DNA from: Acidobacteriota bacterium
GTDB lineage: Bacteria > Acidobacteriota > UBA890 > WLXD01
Assembly (NCBI GenBank): GCA_965248695.1
Contig: CBDFKD010000002.1
Coordinates: 1,696,001 to 1,760,000, forward strand
Direction of reading: 5' to 3'
DNA: 64,000 nt
A program made the position numbers and the translations under genes. Under the pieces are notes generated by a model that had not been told where the DNA came from, ran no database searches, and worked only from the letters and a program-made list of their open reading frames with translations. Positions 19,244 to 29,922 of the stretch are shown here, piece by piece; position 1 is the stretch's first letter; every line of letters starts with the position of its first letter.

Positions 19244-20770
19244 TCAGCGTCGATCCGCCGACGCCTCTTCCTCGGGCACATCGATGCCGTGCCGGCGCAG
19301 CTTGTGGTACAGAGACGTACGTGGGATCCCGAGCACGTCGGCGGCGCGCGTCTTGTTGCCTTTCACCGCGGCGAGCACACGCCGAATGTGCGTGGCCACG
19401 ACGCTATCGAGCCGCGCTCGGCCCAGATCAGCCTCCGACAGCTCGGCCCGCTCCACGGCGACGGCAGGCCCGACCTCGCTCATGGACGCTCCGATAGCCG
19501 GGGGCAGATCTTCGACGATGATCTGCGAGGTTTCCGACAACACCGCTGCCCTACGCACCGCGTTGCGTAGCTCGCGTACATTACCGGGCCAATCGAACGC
19601 TGCCAGCGCGGCCGAGGCCTCATCGCTGAACCCGGTCGGGCCGCCGCCGTTTTCCTCAACGAAATCGCGGCGAAAGTGCTCGGCGAGTAGCGGGATGTCC
19701 TCGCGGCGCTCGCGCAGTGCCGGCACACGCAGGCCGAAGACGTTGAAGCGATAGTAAAGATCCTCGCGAAAGGAGCCGTCGTCGACCAGGCCTCGCAGGT
19801 CCTGGTTGCTGGCCGCGATGAAGCGCACATCCACCCGCCGAGCGGCGCGATCTTCGCCTACTTTCTGGATCTCGCCGTACTCCAGTGCCCGCAGCAACAT
19901 GACCTGCAGCCGTGGGCTCATCGCCTCGACCTCGTCGAGAAAGAGGGTGCCCCCATCGGCGAGCTCCATCTTGCCGGCCTTGTCGCGATGGGCACCGGTA
20001 AAAGAGCCCCGCACATGGCCAAACAGCTCGGATGCGAGCAGCTCCTCGGCAAAGGCGCCGCAGTTGACGATCATCAGCTGGCGGTCGCGGCGCGGCGAGA
20101 AATAGTGCACCGCGTGGGCCAGCAGTTCCTTGCCGACACCGCTCTCTCCCGTTACGAGCACGGGCTCCTTGGTGGGTGCGACGCGCTTGACGAGCGCCTC
20201 GATATTCCGAATCTGCTTGGAGACGCCGACGATCTCGACGTTGTAGCCGCGGCGTCGTGAGTACCGCGTCAGCCACAGACGACCAATGACCATTGAGATC
20301 GCCTCGGCGAATTCTTCTAGTCGCTCCTGATGCTCGCTCGTGTAGTGATTGCGTTCGCGGGACTCGACCGACAGAACGCCGATGGCCTCGCCCTGCAACC
20401 GGATCGGAACCACCAGGTCGGCCTGGACATCCTTGAACGCCGGGAAGTAGTACGGATCCTCGCTGACATCGTTACTCATGTAGGTCTGGTTGTTGTGGTA
20501 GACCCACGTGATGATGCCTGGCGATTGGGTATCGAGCTCGAGCAGGTTCGGCAGGTCAGCCAGCAGCTCGCCTTCCTCGCGGTGCGCGACGAGTCGAACG
20601 TCTCCGTCTTCGTTTTCCATGACGAAGATCGAGCCGTAGTCGCTCTCGGTCAGCGTCTTGGCAACGTCGACGAAGTCCGCCAGCACAGGCTCGAGCACCT
20701 GGTCGCTGGGATAGGCCTCGAGGCACACCTTCTGCAGGATGTCGCGCGACAGCGCGTCGGTTGTCGACAT
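19244..20770 (-). CDS. GAF-domain sigma-54 enhancer-binding protein (GAF-AAA+-Fis HTH)
   Basis: GESGVGKE, ASELFGHxRGSFTGA, LFLDEV, FREDLYYR, WPGNVREL, GNKTRAADVLGI. Confidence 0.93.
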   Translation of the reverse strand: MSTTDALSRDILQKVCLEAYPSDQVLEPVLADFVDVAKTLTESDYGSIFVMENEDGDVRLVAHREEGELLADLPNLLELDTQSPGIITWVYHNNQTYMSNDVSEDPYYFPAFKDVQADLVVPIRLQGEAIGVLSVESRERNHYTSEHQERLEEFAEAISMVIGRLWLTRYSRRRGYNVEIVGVSKQIRNIEALVKRVAPTKEPVLVTGESGVGKELLAHAVHYFSPRRDRQLMIVNCGAFAEELLASELFGHVRGSFTGAHRDKAGKMELADGGTLFLDEVEAMSPRLQVMLLRALEYGEIQKVGEDRAARRVDVRFIAASNQDLRGLVDDGSFREDLYYRFNVFGLRVPALRERREDIPLLAEHFRRDFVEENGGGPTGFSDEASAALAAFDWPGNVRELRNAVRRAAVLSETSQIIVEDLPPAIGASMSEVGPAVAVERAELSEADLGRARLDSVVATHIRRVLAAVKGNKTRAADVLGIPRTSLYHKLRRHGIDVPEEEASADRR

Positions 20771-20801
20771 GTGGTCATTCTATCGCGGCGGCGGAACCGC
20801 C

Positions 20802-22229
20802 TCAGCGCGTCGAATCGTCCAGGCCCAGAAGGACCAGTTGACGCTGCTTCGGCGACCATCGCAAGCCCCACGAGCGCGCAAAGTCGGCGCCCAGAACAGA
20901 TTGGGGTGTCACCAGTCCAGAACCGACGAGCGTCTCGAACCGGGGCTCGATTCGATATGCATGCTCGGTCCGGAAGCCGCCGAGTCGTGTCGAGAGTACA
21001 ACGCTCGCTTCCGCCCGGCGCGCCGTCGGCTCCGGATCGTGAACCGTTGCCAGAGCCAGGCCACCGTAACTGATGCGCGATGCCCCCCCGAGATCGAGGG
21101 CTGCGGCCACCGACACCGTCGACAGTCGTGGCAGGAGCAGCAGTTGCGTTTGCAGTCCGTCGACCGGCATGCGCACCTCGATCCAGTACACCTGCTCCGC
21201 TGACTCGTTCGACCGTGGTCGGGCGATGGTGCTCGCCGTCGCCTGGGTCGGTCTGCTGACCACCATTCGCTCGTCTCTGAGCCAGAGCTCCCACCCGAAG
21301 GTCGACAGCACGTCAAAGCCGAGCTCGCCGTCGGCGCCCTCCACCGGCTCCAGCACGAACGGAATCGCGGGGGCTGACAGGCGCCCGAGCGCGACCGGGG
21401 TCACCGCAACGCCGCCGGCGTCTGGGCTACCGTGCACTACCAGGCCAACCCTACCCACGAGCCGGGGAGACAACGTCGAATGCGACGAAGACAACGACAG
21501 CCGCAGGCGCGCAGTGGTATCACCCATGCGTGCGACGACGATCGGCTCGCCCGCCGCACCGCGCTCCAACGGCAGCGTCCCGCCCGCACCGCTCCACAGG
21601 ATCGGCGTCTCGCCGGGGTTCGACGGCACGGTCGCTGCGACGGCCGCGCGTGTTTCCAGATAGGCGCGCGTGGCGTCATCGTCCGAGGCCTCGGCGGCGG
21701 CGCTGAGATAATCGGCTGCGATGGCCGAGTCTCCCTGCACCCAGCCGATGGCGGCCAGCAACCGCAGCGCCCGCGCCCGCGTCGGGTCGTCAGCCATTGC
21801 CTGTTCCGCCAGCAACCGCGCCGCCTCGAGTCGTCCACGCGCGGCCGCAGCGCGTGCCTGGCCCAGAAGGCCCTCCGCAGCTCCCGACCTCGCAGCGCGG
21901 CGATGATAACTCTCTGCCTCGAGCAGCTCCCCCGAGCGCCACAATGCGCGTCCCAATAGGCCCCAGGACAGGGGCCCCGGAGAGCGCCGCTCGTACGACA
22001 CTGCCCGAGTCAGCGCCGCGCTGATCTCGCCAGCCTCCAGCAGCGCTCGGATCTCGGACTCGACGATGATCGCTGTGCTGTTGATCCCCGCCCCTGCCCC
22101 GGCGCAACCGTACGACCCGAGCATGAACGCGAGCGTCGCCACGGACGGACCGATTGTCCCTCCTTGGCGGCGCAAAAGCCGGCCCAGGCCACTTCTGTCG
22201 CCTCGGGATCCGATGCTATGATCTCCCAT
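20802..22229 (-). CDS. Putative lipoprotein: TPR repeats plus tandem retropepsin-like domains
   Basis: Hydrophobic stretch plus SYG-C, TPR-like helices, DGELGFD and VLGADF retropepsin-type motifs. Start uncertain. Confidence 0.6.
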   Translation of the reverse strand: MGDHSIGSRGDRSGLGRLLRRQGGTIGPSVATLAFMLGSYGCAGAGAGINSTAIIVESEIRALLEAGEISAALTRAVSYERRSPGPLSWGLLGRALWRSGELLEAESYHRRAARSGAAEGLLGQARAAAARGRLEAARLLAEQAMADDPTRARALRLLAAIGWVQGDSAIAADYLSAAAEASDDDATRAYLETRAAVAATVPSNPGETPILWSGAGGTLPLERGAAGEPIVVARMGDTTARLRLSLSSSHSTLSPRLVGRVGLVVHGSPDAGGVAVTPVALGRLSAPAIPFVLEPVEGADGELGFDVLSTFGWELWLRDERMVVSRPTQATASTIARPRSNESAEQVYWIEVRMPVDGLQTQLLLLPRLSTVSVAAALDLGGASRISYGGLALATVHDPEPTARRAEASVVLSTRLGGFRTEHAYRIEPRFETLVGSGLVTPQSVLGADFARSWGLRWSPKQRQLVLLGLDDSTR

Positions 22230-22242
22230 GAAAGGGAGGCAC

Positions 22243-22488
22243 ATGAAGATCGACAACTATCTGTCTCGCTGGCACGAGTTTCGCGAGTGGTCAGCGACGA
22301 ATCGTCCCGAAATCGTAGCTTCGGTCGAGAACCTCGGCACCGAGCTTCGCGGCGCAATCACCCAGTACCGCCAAGCCACCGACCCCGACCAGCGGCAGAT
22401 CCGCATGGATCTCATCAAACAGCACTACGATCGCGTGGTCCAGTGGCATATGGAAGAGATCCTATCGAAGCTCGATCGTGAGCCTTAG
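22243..22488 (+). CDS. Small helical hypothetical protein (81 aa)
   Basis: Strong GGGAGG RBS, protein-like composition. Confidence 0.7.
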   Translation: MKIDNYLSRWHEFREWSATNRPEIVASVENLGTELRGAITQYRQATDPDQRQIRMDLIKQHYDRVVQWHMEEILSKLDREP

Positions 22489-22542
22489 CAGGACCTCCTC
22501 GCGCCCGGCACCCCATTAGCAGCCCCAGACCACCGTGTACTG

Positions 22543-22866
22543 TCAGTCTGCCCGCAGGTAAACCTGCGCTACCGACGGGTGCTCGGCGCGACCCACTGAT
22601 CGGACGCGACGCTCGACTCGCTGATAAAGACCGTGGGCGACGTCCTCGAATTCGTCGAGTCGCTGCATCTCGACGCCGCTGAGCTCGCCGAATAGCAACC
22701 CGATAATCTGGTGGCCAGCCGCCGAGCGGGCACGGTAGTACCCGGTCGCTGGGTCTAGCTCGCGCACGTGATCCGGCAGAAGCGCCAGGGCGCAAACAGG
22801 CATGCGGCCCAGCAAGCCGACAACGATCTCGGCCCGACACAGCTCGCCGTAGGCGAACAGATTCAA
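22543..22866 (-). CDS. Gamma-glutamylcyclotransferase (AIG2-like) family protein
   Basis: LFAYGxL start, LDEFE, YQR, AQVY. Confidence 0.78.
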   Translation of the reverse strand: MNLFAYGELCRAEIVVGLLGRMPVCALALLPDHVRELDPATGYYRARSAAGHQIIGLLFGELSGVEMQRLDEFEDVAHGLYQRVERRVRSVGRAEHPSVAQVYLRAD

Positions 22867-23213
22867 TCGTCGCTGTCCGTGGCGGCCTGCAGTCGATGCG
22901 CCAGTTTCTTGATCTCGCGTCGTTGCGGGAAGCTGAGATGCTGGCCCAGATCCGACTCGACGCGCAGCAACATCGTCGCCGCATCCGTGGCCGTAGCAAT
23001 CAGCTCACCCGAGGCCGAAGCCCCGTTGGTATCGGGCTCGGCACCACCGGTTCCCGGTTGCGACTCCACCCAGCGCTCGAGCTCATCCCGATCGAATCGA
23101 ACGTTGAAGCCCAGCTTGCGATGCGGAATCTTCCCGGTCCGGACCCACTCGTACAGTGTCTTGGGCCGAATGCCCAGGAAATCGGCCGCCTGATCGACGC
23201 GCCAGAGAGTCAT
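22863..23213 (-). CDS. Excisionase/MerR-like HTH (HTH_17) protein with C-terminal helical extension
   Basis: VDQAADFLGIRPKTLYEWVRTGKIPHRKLGFNVRFDRDELERW. Stop overlaps the GGCT start. Confidence 0.88.
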   Translation of the reverse strand: MTLWRVDQAADFLGIRPKTLYEWVRTGKIPHRKLGFNVRFDRDELERWVESQPGTGGAEPDTNGASASGELIATATDAATMLLRVESDLGQHLSFPQRREIKKLAHRLQAATDSDD

Positions 23214-23375
23214 GGATGCCCCCACCCGATGCCGGTTGCCCCCAACCGACACCCCCAAGCTATCGTTGTAGCGGACGCTTGGCAACTGACACGCGTGACC
23301 ATTTGCGCCCTTTCGGCGGCCTCCCTATACTTACTCGCCTATCTGGCTTCTCAAACTACACTGAGCCTCCGCACG

Positions 23376-23900
23376 ATGGACTCTGCGCCTACCCAGCGCC
23401 CGCGCAAGCTGCGACCGACGGACGTGCTCAAACACGAGCACCGACAGATCGAGGAGCGCCTCGAGGTGCTGTCGTCGGCCCTCAAGTCGCTAGGCAGCCA
23501 GGGAGCAGCGCCCGAGATTCTGGATCGGATCGAGGAGGTGGCGCGCTACATCGATCGCGAGATGGCAGCGCACCATCGCAAGGAAGAGGAAGGACTCTTC
23601 CCGTTGCTGGCGCAGTACCTGGACGAAGATCTTCATCTCGACGGTCGCATCGCCGATCACGAAGATCTCAAGATCATGAGCGGCAAGTTCAAACAGACCC
23701 TCGAGGATTGTCGTAGCGCCAGCGACCACTTCGCGGCCCAGATGCTCAGAGGCTATGGGCTGTACATCGTCCACCTCGTGCTCGAACATTTGCTCAAAGA
23801 GGACGAGATCCTCTTCCTGGTCGCCGACCGTTATCTGAGCGACGAGCAAGAGGCGGAGATCTTCCAGCGCTTCGGCGAGATCGACGCCGCCGTCTCCTGA
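23376..23900 (+). CDS. Hemerythrin-like domain protein
   Basis: HEH, HHRKEEEGLFP, DHE and HLLKEDEILF metal-ligand motifs. Confidence 0.85.
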   Translation: MDSAPTQRPRKLRPTDVLKHEHRQIEERLEVLSSALKSLGSQGAAPEILDRIEEVARYIDREMAAHHRKEEEGLFPLLAQYLDEDLHLDGRIADHEDLKIMSGKFKQTLEDCRSASDHFAAQMLRGYGLYIVHLVLEHLLKEDEILFLVADRYLSDEQEAEIFQRFGEIDAAVS

Positions 23901-23974
23901 TCGCCGCGCCAGCGACGCGCTTTCGCCCCTCGGTCGCCAAACGCTGTGTCCTTGTGTCCGCTCGCTTCGGAGTT

Positions 23975-23996
23975 ATACCATACCCCCCTATGGTAT
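23975..23996. promoter_or_regulatory. CsoR-type operator
   Basis: Perfect inverted repeat ATACCATA-CCCCCC-TATGGTAT with a C/G-tract spacer, 28 bp upstream of csoR. Confidence 0.85.
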
Positions 23997-24024
23997 TTAG
24001 ATTTCACCGACATCGAGACGAGTC

Positions 24025-24309
24025 ATGAACAGCCCAAGTCAGGGAGCGCCACATCACGACGAGATCCGTCGGCTACGTCGCATCGAAGGACAGATCCGAG
24101 GTCTGCAGCGCATGATCGAGGATAATCGATACTGCATCGACATACTCACGCAGACGCGCTCGGCGCAGCGCGCCCTCCAGCGCGTCAACGACTCCATCCT
24201 CGCGCGCCACCTGCGGCATTGCGTCATGCAGGCGGCCAAGAGCGGCAGCGCACGCGTGCGCGACGAGCGTGTCGACGAGGTCATGCAAGTACTGGAGCGC
24301 GGACGATGA
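24025..24309 (+). CDS. csoR: Copper-sensing repressor CsoR
   Basis: [25 protein letters not shown] (C-H-C ligands). Coupled to copA. Confidence 0.9.
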   Translation: MNSPSQGAPHHDEIRRLRRIEGQIRGLQRMIEDNRYCIDILTQTRSAQRALQRVNDSILARHLRHCVMQAAKSGSARVRDERVDEVMQVLERGR

Positions 24310-26555
24310 GCGCCGCGGCAACCGTGCGCACCTTGCCGGTGCGCGGTATGCACTGTGCCTCCTGCGCTGGCAATGTGGCGCGTGCCCTGCAGGCGCTTCC
24401 AGGCGTGGGAGATGCCACCGTCAACCTGGCGACCGAGAGAGTGCGCGTCGAGTTCGACGCCGCCAGCGTCGAGCTCGCTGCCCTTGCGGACGCGGTGTCA
24501 GCGGCCGGGTTTGAGCTCGTGACGGAACCCACGGGCGCTCCCTCGTCAGTCACCGAGAGCGGCGGTCGGACAGCACTGCGCGAGGCCCAGGGGCGCGTCT
24601 TCTTCGCGTGGCTGTTCACCCTGCCGATCATGCTGATCATGGCGGGCAGCTGGGCGTTCGGCAGCCCGTGGCCCGATCCTCTACTGCATCGGCTGTTGAT
24701 GCTGGTCTTGGCGTTTCCCGTACTGTTCGTGGTCGGCAACGAGACCCTCTCCAGCGCTGCGGCGGCGGTACGCCGACGCGCCCCCAACATGGACGTGCTC
24801 ATCGCCCTCGGCACCCTGGCGGCCTATACCAGCGGGCTGCTGGCGCTATTCACGCCAGTCGCCAGCTTCTCGGGTATCGCGGCGATGATCATGGCTTTCC
24901 ACCTAACCGGTCGTTACATCGAAACCAAGGCTCGGGGACGCGCCTCTGACGCCATTCGTCGCTTGGTGGAGCTCGGTGCCAAGAGCGCCCGCGTCGAGAT
25001 CGACGGGCAGGAACGCGAAGTCGACATCGAGGACGTCGGTGTCGGCGACGTGATGATCGTACGGCCGGGCGAACGCATACCCACCGACGGTATTGTGGTC
25101 GAAGGCAGCAGTGCCATCGACGAATCGATGGCAACGGGTGAGCCGCTGCCCGTCGCCAAGCAGCCGGGCGACGAGGTCATCGGCGCGACGCTCAACCAAC
25201 GTGGCCGCCTACGAGTTCGGGCTACACGCATCGGCAGCGACACCTTCTTGGCGCAGGTCATCCAGCTGGTCGAGCAATGTCAGTCGACGAGGGTACCGAT
25301 CCAGCTGCTCGCCGATCGCGTCACCGCCGTGTTCGTGCCGACCTCGCTGTTGATCGCGTCGCTGACCTTCATCGGCTGGATTGTGGCCCCCGGCGTCCTC
25401 GGCGCCGGGGCCCGCGCCGCGGCTGCCGTCCTCCCCTGGGTAAACCCCGACCTGGGGGTCGTCTCCCTGGCAGTGTTCGCCGCCGTCGCGGTGCTGGTCA
25501 TCGCCTGCCCTTGCGCCCTCGGCCTCGCCACCCCGACAGCACTGATGGTGGGCACCGGGCGCGCGGCGGAGAGCGGCATACTCTTCCGCTCCGGAGCGGC
25601 GCTGCAAGCACTCGTGGACGCCGACGTCATCGCTTTCGACAAGACGGGTACGTTGACCGCCGGTCGCACGCAGTTGACCGGCATGACGGTCGCCGCCGGT
25701 GGCGATGAGAACGAGAGCCTACGCCTGGCGGCAGCGGTCGAGAATGCGTCAGAGCACCCGCTTGCCGCTGCCGTCGTCGAGGCGGCGCGTACGCGGGGTC
25801 TCGACCTTCCAGCCGCCGCCGAGTTCGAAGCAATCGTCGGGCGAGGCGTAGTGGCACGGGTACTCGACAGACAGGTGGTCGTGGGGAGCCCGGTCCTGAT
25901 GCGCGAGCGCGACATCGCGCTCGGACCGCTCGAAGCGGAAGCGACCCGAGTCGAGGAATCCGCCGAGACCGCGATCATCGTCAGCATTGATGGACAGGCC
26001 AGCGCGCTGCTGGCGATCAGCGACCCGCTGAAGGACGATTCCGCCGCCGCCGTGGCACAGCTGCGCGCCCTCGGTCTGGAGCCGTTGATGCTCACCGGCG
26101 ACAACGAGCGCACCGCCGCTGCGATCGCGGCGCAGGTCGGGATCGTCGAAGTGGAGGCCGGCCTCCTTCCCGGCACCAAGCTCGATCGGATTCGCCGCCA
26201 TCAAGAGGACGGCAAGAAGGTCGTCATGGTTGGCGACGGCATCAACGATGCCCCCGCTCTCACCCAGGCCGACGTTGGGGTGGCGATCGGCACCGGTACC
26301 GACATCGCCATCGAGGCGGCCGACGTGACCGTGGTGCGCGGCGATCTCGAGTCGGTTGCCCGCGCCGTTCGGATCGCGCGCCGAACGTTCGCGATCATCC
26401 GGCAGAACCTGTTCTGGGCGTTCTTCTACAACGTCGTCGCCATCCCGGTGGCAATCCTGGGGCTGCTGCATCCGGTGCTGGCCGAGCTGGCGATGGCGCT
26501 CTCGTCGTTGACCGTTGTCGGCAACGCGTTGCGTCTACGGCGCGGGAGCTTCTGA
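24306..26555 (+). CDS. copA: Cu(I)-translocating P1B-type ATPase
   Basis: GMHCASC, TGE, CPC, DKTGT, SEHP, GDGIND, YN and MALSS motifs. Confidence 0.93.
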   Translation: MSAAATVRTLPVRGMHCASCAGNVARALQALPGVGDATVNLATERVRVEFDAASVELAALADAVSAAGFELVTEPTGAPSSVTESGGRTALREAQGRVFFAWLFTLPIMLIMAGSWAFGSPWPDPLLHRLLMLVLAFPVLFVVGNETLSSAAAAVRRRAPNMDVLIALGTLAAYTSGLLALFTPVASFSGIAAMIMAFHLTGRYIETKARGRASDAIRRLVELGAKSARVEIDGQEREVDIEDVGVGDVMIVRPGERIPTDGIVVEGSSAIDESMATGEPLPVAKQPGDEVIGATLNQRGRLRVRATRIGSDTFLAQVIQLVEQCQSTRVPIQLLADRVTAVFVPTSLLIASLTFIGWIVAPGVLGAGARAAAAVLPWVNPDLGVVSLAVFAAVAVLVIACPCALGLATPTALMVGTGRAAESGILFRSGAALQALVDADVIAFDKTGTLTAGRTQLTGMTVAAGGDENESLRLAAAVENASEHPLAAAVVEAARTRGLDLPAAAEFEAIVGRGVVARVLDRQVVVGSPVLMRERDIALGPLEAEATRVEESAETAIIVSIDGQASALLAISDPLKDDSAAAVAQLRALGLEPLMLTGDNERTAAAIAAQVGIVEVEAGLLPGTKLDRIRRHQEDGKKVVMVGDGINDAPALTQADVGVAIGTGTDIAIEAADVTVVRGDLESVARAVRIARRTFAIIRQNLFWAFFYNVVAIPVAILGLLHPVLAELAMALSSLTVVGNALRLRRGSF

Positions 26556-26573
26556 CCCGAAGCGTCGTCGCTC

Positions 26574-27203
26574 CTAGTGCAGGCGGACACCGTCAACGCG
26601 CTGGCGGTAGCGGTACAGCACGCGACGCACGTAGTTCTGCGTCTCGGCGTAAGGGGGTATGCCGTCGTAGCGGCGAACCGCGCCCTCGCCGGCGTTGTAG
26701 GCCGCGAGTGAGCGCTCCAGATCCCCGTCGTACTTTCGTAGCAAGCCGCGCAGATGACGCACGCCCGCGTCAAGGTTCTGCCACGGATCGAACGGTGCAT
26801 CGACGCCGTACTGACGCGCCACCTCCGGCATGAGCTGCATCAACCCCATGGCGCCCTTCGTAGACACGGCCCGTGGGTTGAATCCGGACTCCATCTCGAC
26901 GAGCGACTCGACCAGCCGATGATCCACGCCGCCGCGCTCGGCAACGTCGTGTGTCAACGAGATCAGCTCCGCGACCGCGAACGTGAGGCGCAGTCGGCCC
27001 GGAGGCCGGAACTCGGCGCGAGATCGCGTATGGTCGCAGCCTGGGTCGGTGGCGCTGTCGGTAATGACCATGACGCCATCGTCACCGGTACGCACACAAG
27101 GCTGGCGCAACCCCTGGGCCTCGGCAGCGACTGGAGTCAAGTAGCCGGTCAAGGCAACCAGGTAGGCCAGCCTACCGACCCGACTAGCGACGAGCCCCAC
27201 CAT
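26574..27203 (-). CDS. Lytic transglycosylase (SLT domain)
   Basis: ESGFNPRAVS, GAMGLMQLMP, AAYNAG, PPYAETQNYV. Last gene of the assembly operon. Confidence 0.92.
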   Translation of the reverse strand: MVGLVASRVGRLAYLVALTGYLTPVAAEAQGLRQPCVRTGDDGVMVITDSATDPGCDHTRSRAEFRPPGRLRLTFAVAELISLTHDVAERGGVDHRLVESLVEMESGFNPRAVSTKGAMGLMQLMPEVARQYGVDAPFDPWQNLDAGVRHLRGLLRKYDGDLERSLAAYNAGEGAVRRYDGIPPYAETQNYVRRVLYRYRQRVDGVRLH

Positions 27204-28515
27204 TCGCTCGTCCCTCGAGCCAGCTGAGGTGCTGTGTCAGGTACCGAGCGATGCGCGGATGATCGCTGCCACCGGAAGTGAGGAAGCGATAGTAGTGGTC
27301 GATGGCACGCTCGACTTCGTCGATCTCCTCGTAGACCAAGCCGAGGTTGTAGTTTGCCAGCGCGTCGTTGGGATTCAGTGCCAGGACCTGCATGAAGGCA
27401 CGCTGCGCGTCCTCGTAGCGTCCCCAGCGAGTGAAGATCAAGCCCTTGTTGGTGTAGGCGTCGAGGCGTCCCGGGTCGAGCGACAGGGTGCGGTTGAGCT
27501 CGATCAGCGCGGCATCGTGTTCGCCCATGCGATACAGCACGACGCCGAGGTTGTTGTGCACCGAGGCGTTGTCGGGCTCGACCGAGCTCGCCTGACGCAG
27601 ATGGCGCTCGGCGTCCTCGAGGCGGCCGAGTTGCTCGTAGATAACGCCCAGATTGGCATTGACCTTGGCGTTGTGCGGATCGTAACGCAGCGCCCGCTTG
27701 TAGGCCTCTTCAGCGCGGGCGTGGTCGCCTTCCTTCTGAGCTCGTACGCCGCTTTCGAACGCCGAACGAACGCCCGGATCAACGAGCGCTCCGCCGGCAG
27801 CGGGTACGCCGCGGGCGCGGTCAGCGGTCACATTCTCCCTGGCTGACTCAACGGCACGACCCGGCGGCGGGCGTCGGGTGGTGGGAGCGACCGGGCCACT
27901 GGCATTCGGCGATGTCGGGCGGCTGGTCAGATCGATACCGGCACCGGCACTCGGCGCCGGAGCTCTGTTCTCAACCTCGAGGCTGAAGCCAGAGTCGCTC
28001 TGGTTCCCGCCGCCGGCTACAGCCGCCGACGGCATATCGCGCGTCATCGGCAGATTCCCCGAAAGGTCGTTCAGCTCGCCGTCTGCGGCCGGCGCCGGTA
28101 CGGACTCCGCCCTGGTCATCAAAGCGCCGGAACCCAGATCTCTTTCGGTGGTGGCGAAAGTGCCGCCGTGCGTCGGGCTCGACGCCGGGAAGCTCACTGC
28201 GTCTCGTGGGACGGCAGTCAGGTCAGTCAATAGCGCCTGACCGTCATTGGCGCGCGGGCCGGAGAAGCTCGGTTGCATCCACCAAAGCACCGTCGCCACT
28301 ACCGCGATGCTGGCAGCGGCCAGCGCTCCGATCCAGACGGCCGGCCCAGCCTGGCGCCGTGCAGTCATGCGTGGCGCGTCGGTAAGTGGGGCGCTCAAGC
28401 GGCGCAACAGTGCGTTCGAGCCGTGCAACGGACCTGGCTCCGGGACTTTCGGAGCGACGCCGCGACGACGGTTCTCGTCCTGCACGCGCTTCAATGCATC
28501 GAGGATGACGCTCAT
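27184..28515 (-). CDS. GspB/ExeB-like N-terminus plus TM, linker and TPR repeats (MshN-like)
   Basis: MSVILDALKR start, one TM helix, Pro/Ala linker, ~5 TPRs (NNLGVVL, YNLGLVY). Confidence 0.75.
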   Translation of the reverse strand: MSVILDALKRVQDENRRRGVAPKVPEPGPLHGSNALLRRLSAPLTDAPRMTARRQAGPAVWIGALAAASIAVVATVLWWMQPSFSGPRANDGQALLTDLTAVPRDAVSFPASSPTHGGTFATTERDLGSGALMTRAESVPAPAADGELNDLSGNLPMTRDMPSAAVAGGGNQSDSGFSLEVENRAPAPSAGAGIDLTSRPTSPNASGPVAPTTRRPPPGRAVESARENVTADRARGVPAAGGALVDPGVRSAFESGVRAQKEGDHARAEEAYKRALRYDPHNAKVNANLGVIYEQLGRLEDAERHLRQASSVEPDNASVHNNLGVVLYRMGEHDAALIELNRTLSLDPGRLDAYTNKGLIFTRWGRYEDAQRAFMQVLALNPNDALANYNLGLVYEEIDEVERAIDHYYRFLTSGGSDHPRIARYLTQHLSWLEGRANGGARR

Positions 28516-28523
28516 TGGCTTTC

Positions 28524-29903
28524 CTAGCTCCCGGTGGCGTCGGCGACCGCGACCGCCTCGGCGTGAGCGAGACCCGACTCCCTTAGCTTCGAGGCTGTCG
28601 CTCGCGCCGCTGCCTGATCGTCGAATTCACCTACGGTGAGTCGATACATGGTGCCCATACCCGGAACGTCCGCCCCGATGAGGAAACTGACGTAGCCGGC
28701 TTCGTTCAAACGCCCGCGCAGCTCCAAGAGGTAGTCGTCATCGGGCTGCCGGAATGAGCTCAGATACACAGTGAACGGCTTCCGCGGCATCGTCAGATCG
28801 ACCGCGACGTTGCCACTGCCGAAGGTCTCCTGGTTCGGCGCCGCGTTGAGGCTACCGTCGGCGCGTACCGGCGGCGGGTCCACGAGGGCGACGGTGCGAT
28901 TCGCCGACCAGGCAGCGTAGCCTCCAGCGCTGACCGCTGCGGCCAGCACGATTCCTGCGAGCGCCTGCACCGGTTTCACCGACCGCGCCGCGGGCTGCGG
29001 GCTCGCGGCGATCGGCATCAGCCCGTGCGCCTGGACCGGCTCCGGCCGTTCGATCGGCGCCCCTCCGTCCTCGGCCAGATCGAGGGTGGTGGCGGCTCGG
29101 TCGATGATGCCAGCATCGATCAAGCGAGTTTGCTGGGCATAGCCCGCCAGCAGCGACCGATCACCGAGCAGATTCACCAGCCGCGGCACGCCCTCGGTAT
29201 AGCGATGCAAGCGGTCGAGCGCCACGTCGTCGAACACCACGTCGCCGTCGCTACCGGCGATGCGGAGTCGGTGATCAATGTAGCGGCCAATCTCGTCGCG
29301 GCCGAACGGCTGCAGCGTGTAGCGCACGGACACCCGTTGTGCCAGCTGGCTGAGCTCCGGAGCGGCAAGCAGGCGTCGCAGGCCGAGTTGACCGGCGAGC
29401 ACGATCTGCAGCAGCTTCTGCTTCGAGGTCTCGAGGTTCGACAGCAGACGGATCTGCTCCATCACCGGAAGCGGCAGGTTCTGCGCCTCGTCCACCACGA
29501 GAACCGCAGCGCGACCCTGCATGCTGAGTCCGATGAGATAGTCGTTGAGGCGATCCACGAGCTCTTGCTTGCTCGTCTGGCGCCCGGCCCCGGCCTCGAA
29601 CTCGGCGCGCGTGGCGACGCCGAAGTCCTGCAGGATGATGCGTAGCAGATCTTCCTCAGACAGATACGGGTTCAGGACGATGGCGGTGACGATGTCATCG
29701 CCGAAGCCATCGAGCACCGTGCGCAGCAGGGTCGTCTTGCCGGTTCCCGCAGCACCGACGAAGCACATGAAGCCCTCGCGCTCCCGCACGCCGTAGCGCA
29801 GCAGATCACGCGCCTCCGCATGGCATCCCGAGGCGAAGAAGTACTTCGGGTCCGGCGTCAGGCTGAAGGGCTTTTCAATGAGCCCGTGGAAGTCTAGATA
29901 CAT
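28524..29903 (-). CDS. GspA/ExeA (MshM-like) AAA ATPase with C-terminal SPOR-like domain
   Basis: MYLDFHGLxEKPFSLTPDP, GAAGTGKTT, VDEAQNL, IVLAGQ, GVPRLVN, TM, YRLTVGxF. Confidence 0.88.
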   Translation of the reverse strand: MYLDFHGLIEKPFSLTPDPKYFFASGCHAEARDLLRYGVREREGFMCFVGAAGTGKTTLLRTVLDGFGDDIVTAIVLNPYLSEEDLLRIILQDFGVATRAEFEAGAGRQTSKQELVDRLNDYLIGLSMQGRAAVLVVDEAQNLPLPVMEQIRLLSNLETSKQKLLQIVLAGQLGLRRLLAAPELSQLAQRVSVRYTLQPFGRDEIGRYIDHRLRIAGSDGDVVFDDVALDRLHRYTEGVPRLVNLLGDRSLLAGYAQQTRLIDAGIIDRAATTLDLAEDGGAPIERPEPVQAHGLMPIAASPQPAARSVKPVQALAGIVLAAAVSAGGYAAWSANRTVALVDPPPVRADGSLNAAPNQETFGSGNVAVDLTMPRKPFTVYLSSFRQPDDDYLLELRGRLNEAGYVSFLIGADVPGMGTMYRLTVGEFDDQAAARATASKLRESGLAHAEAVAVADATGS

Positions 29904-29922
29904 CGTTGGCCTCCGGAATCCT

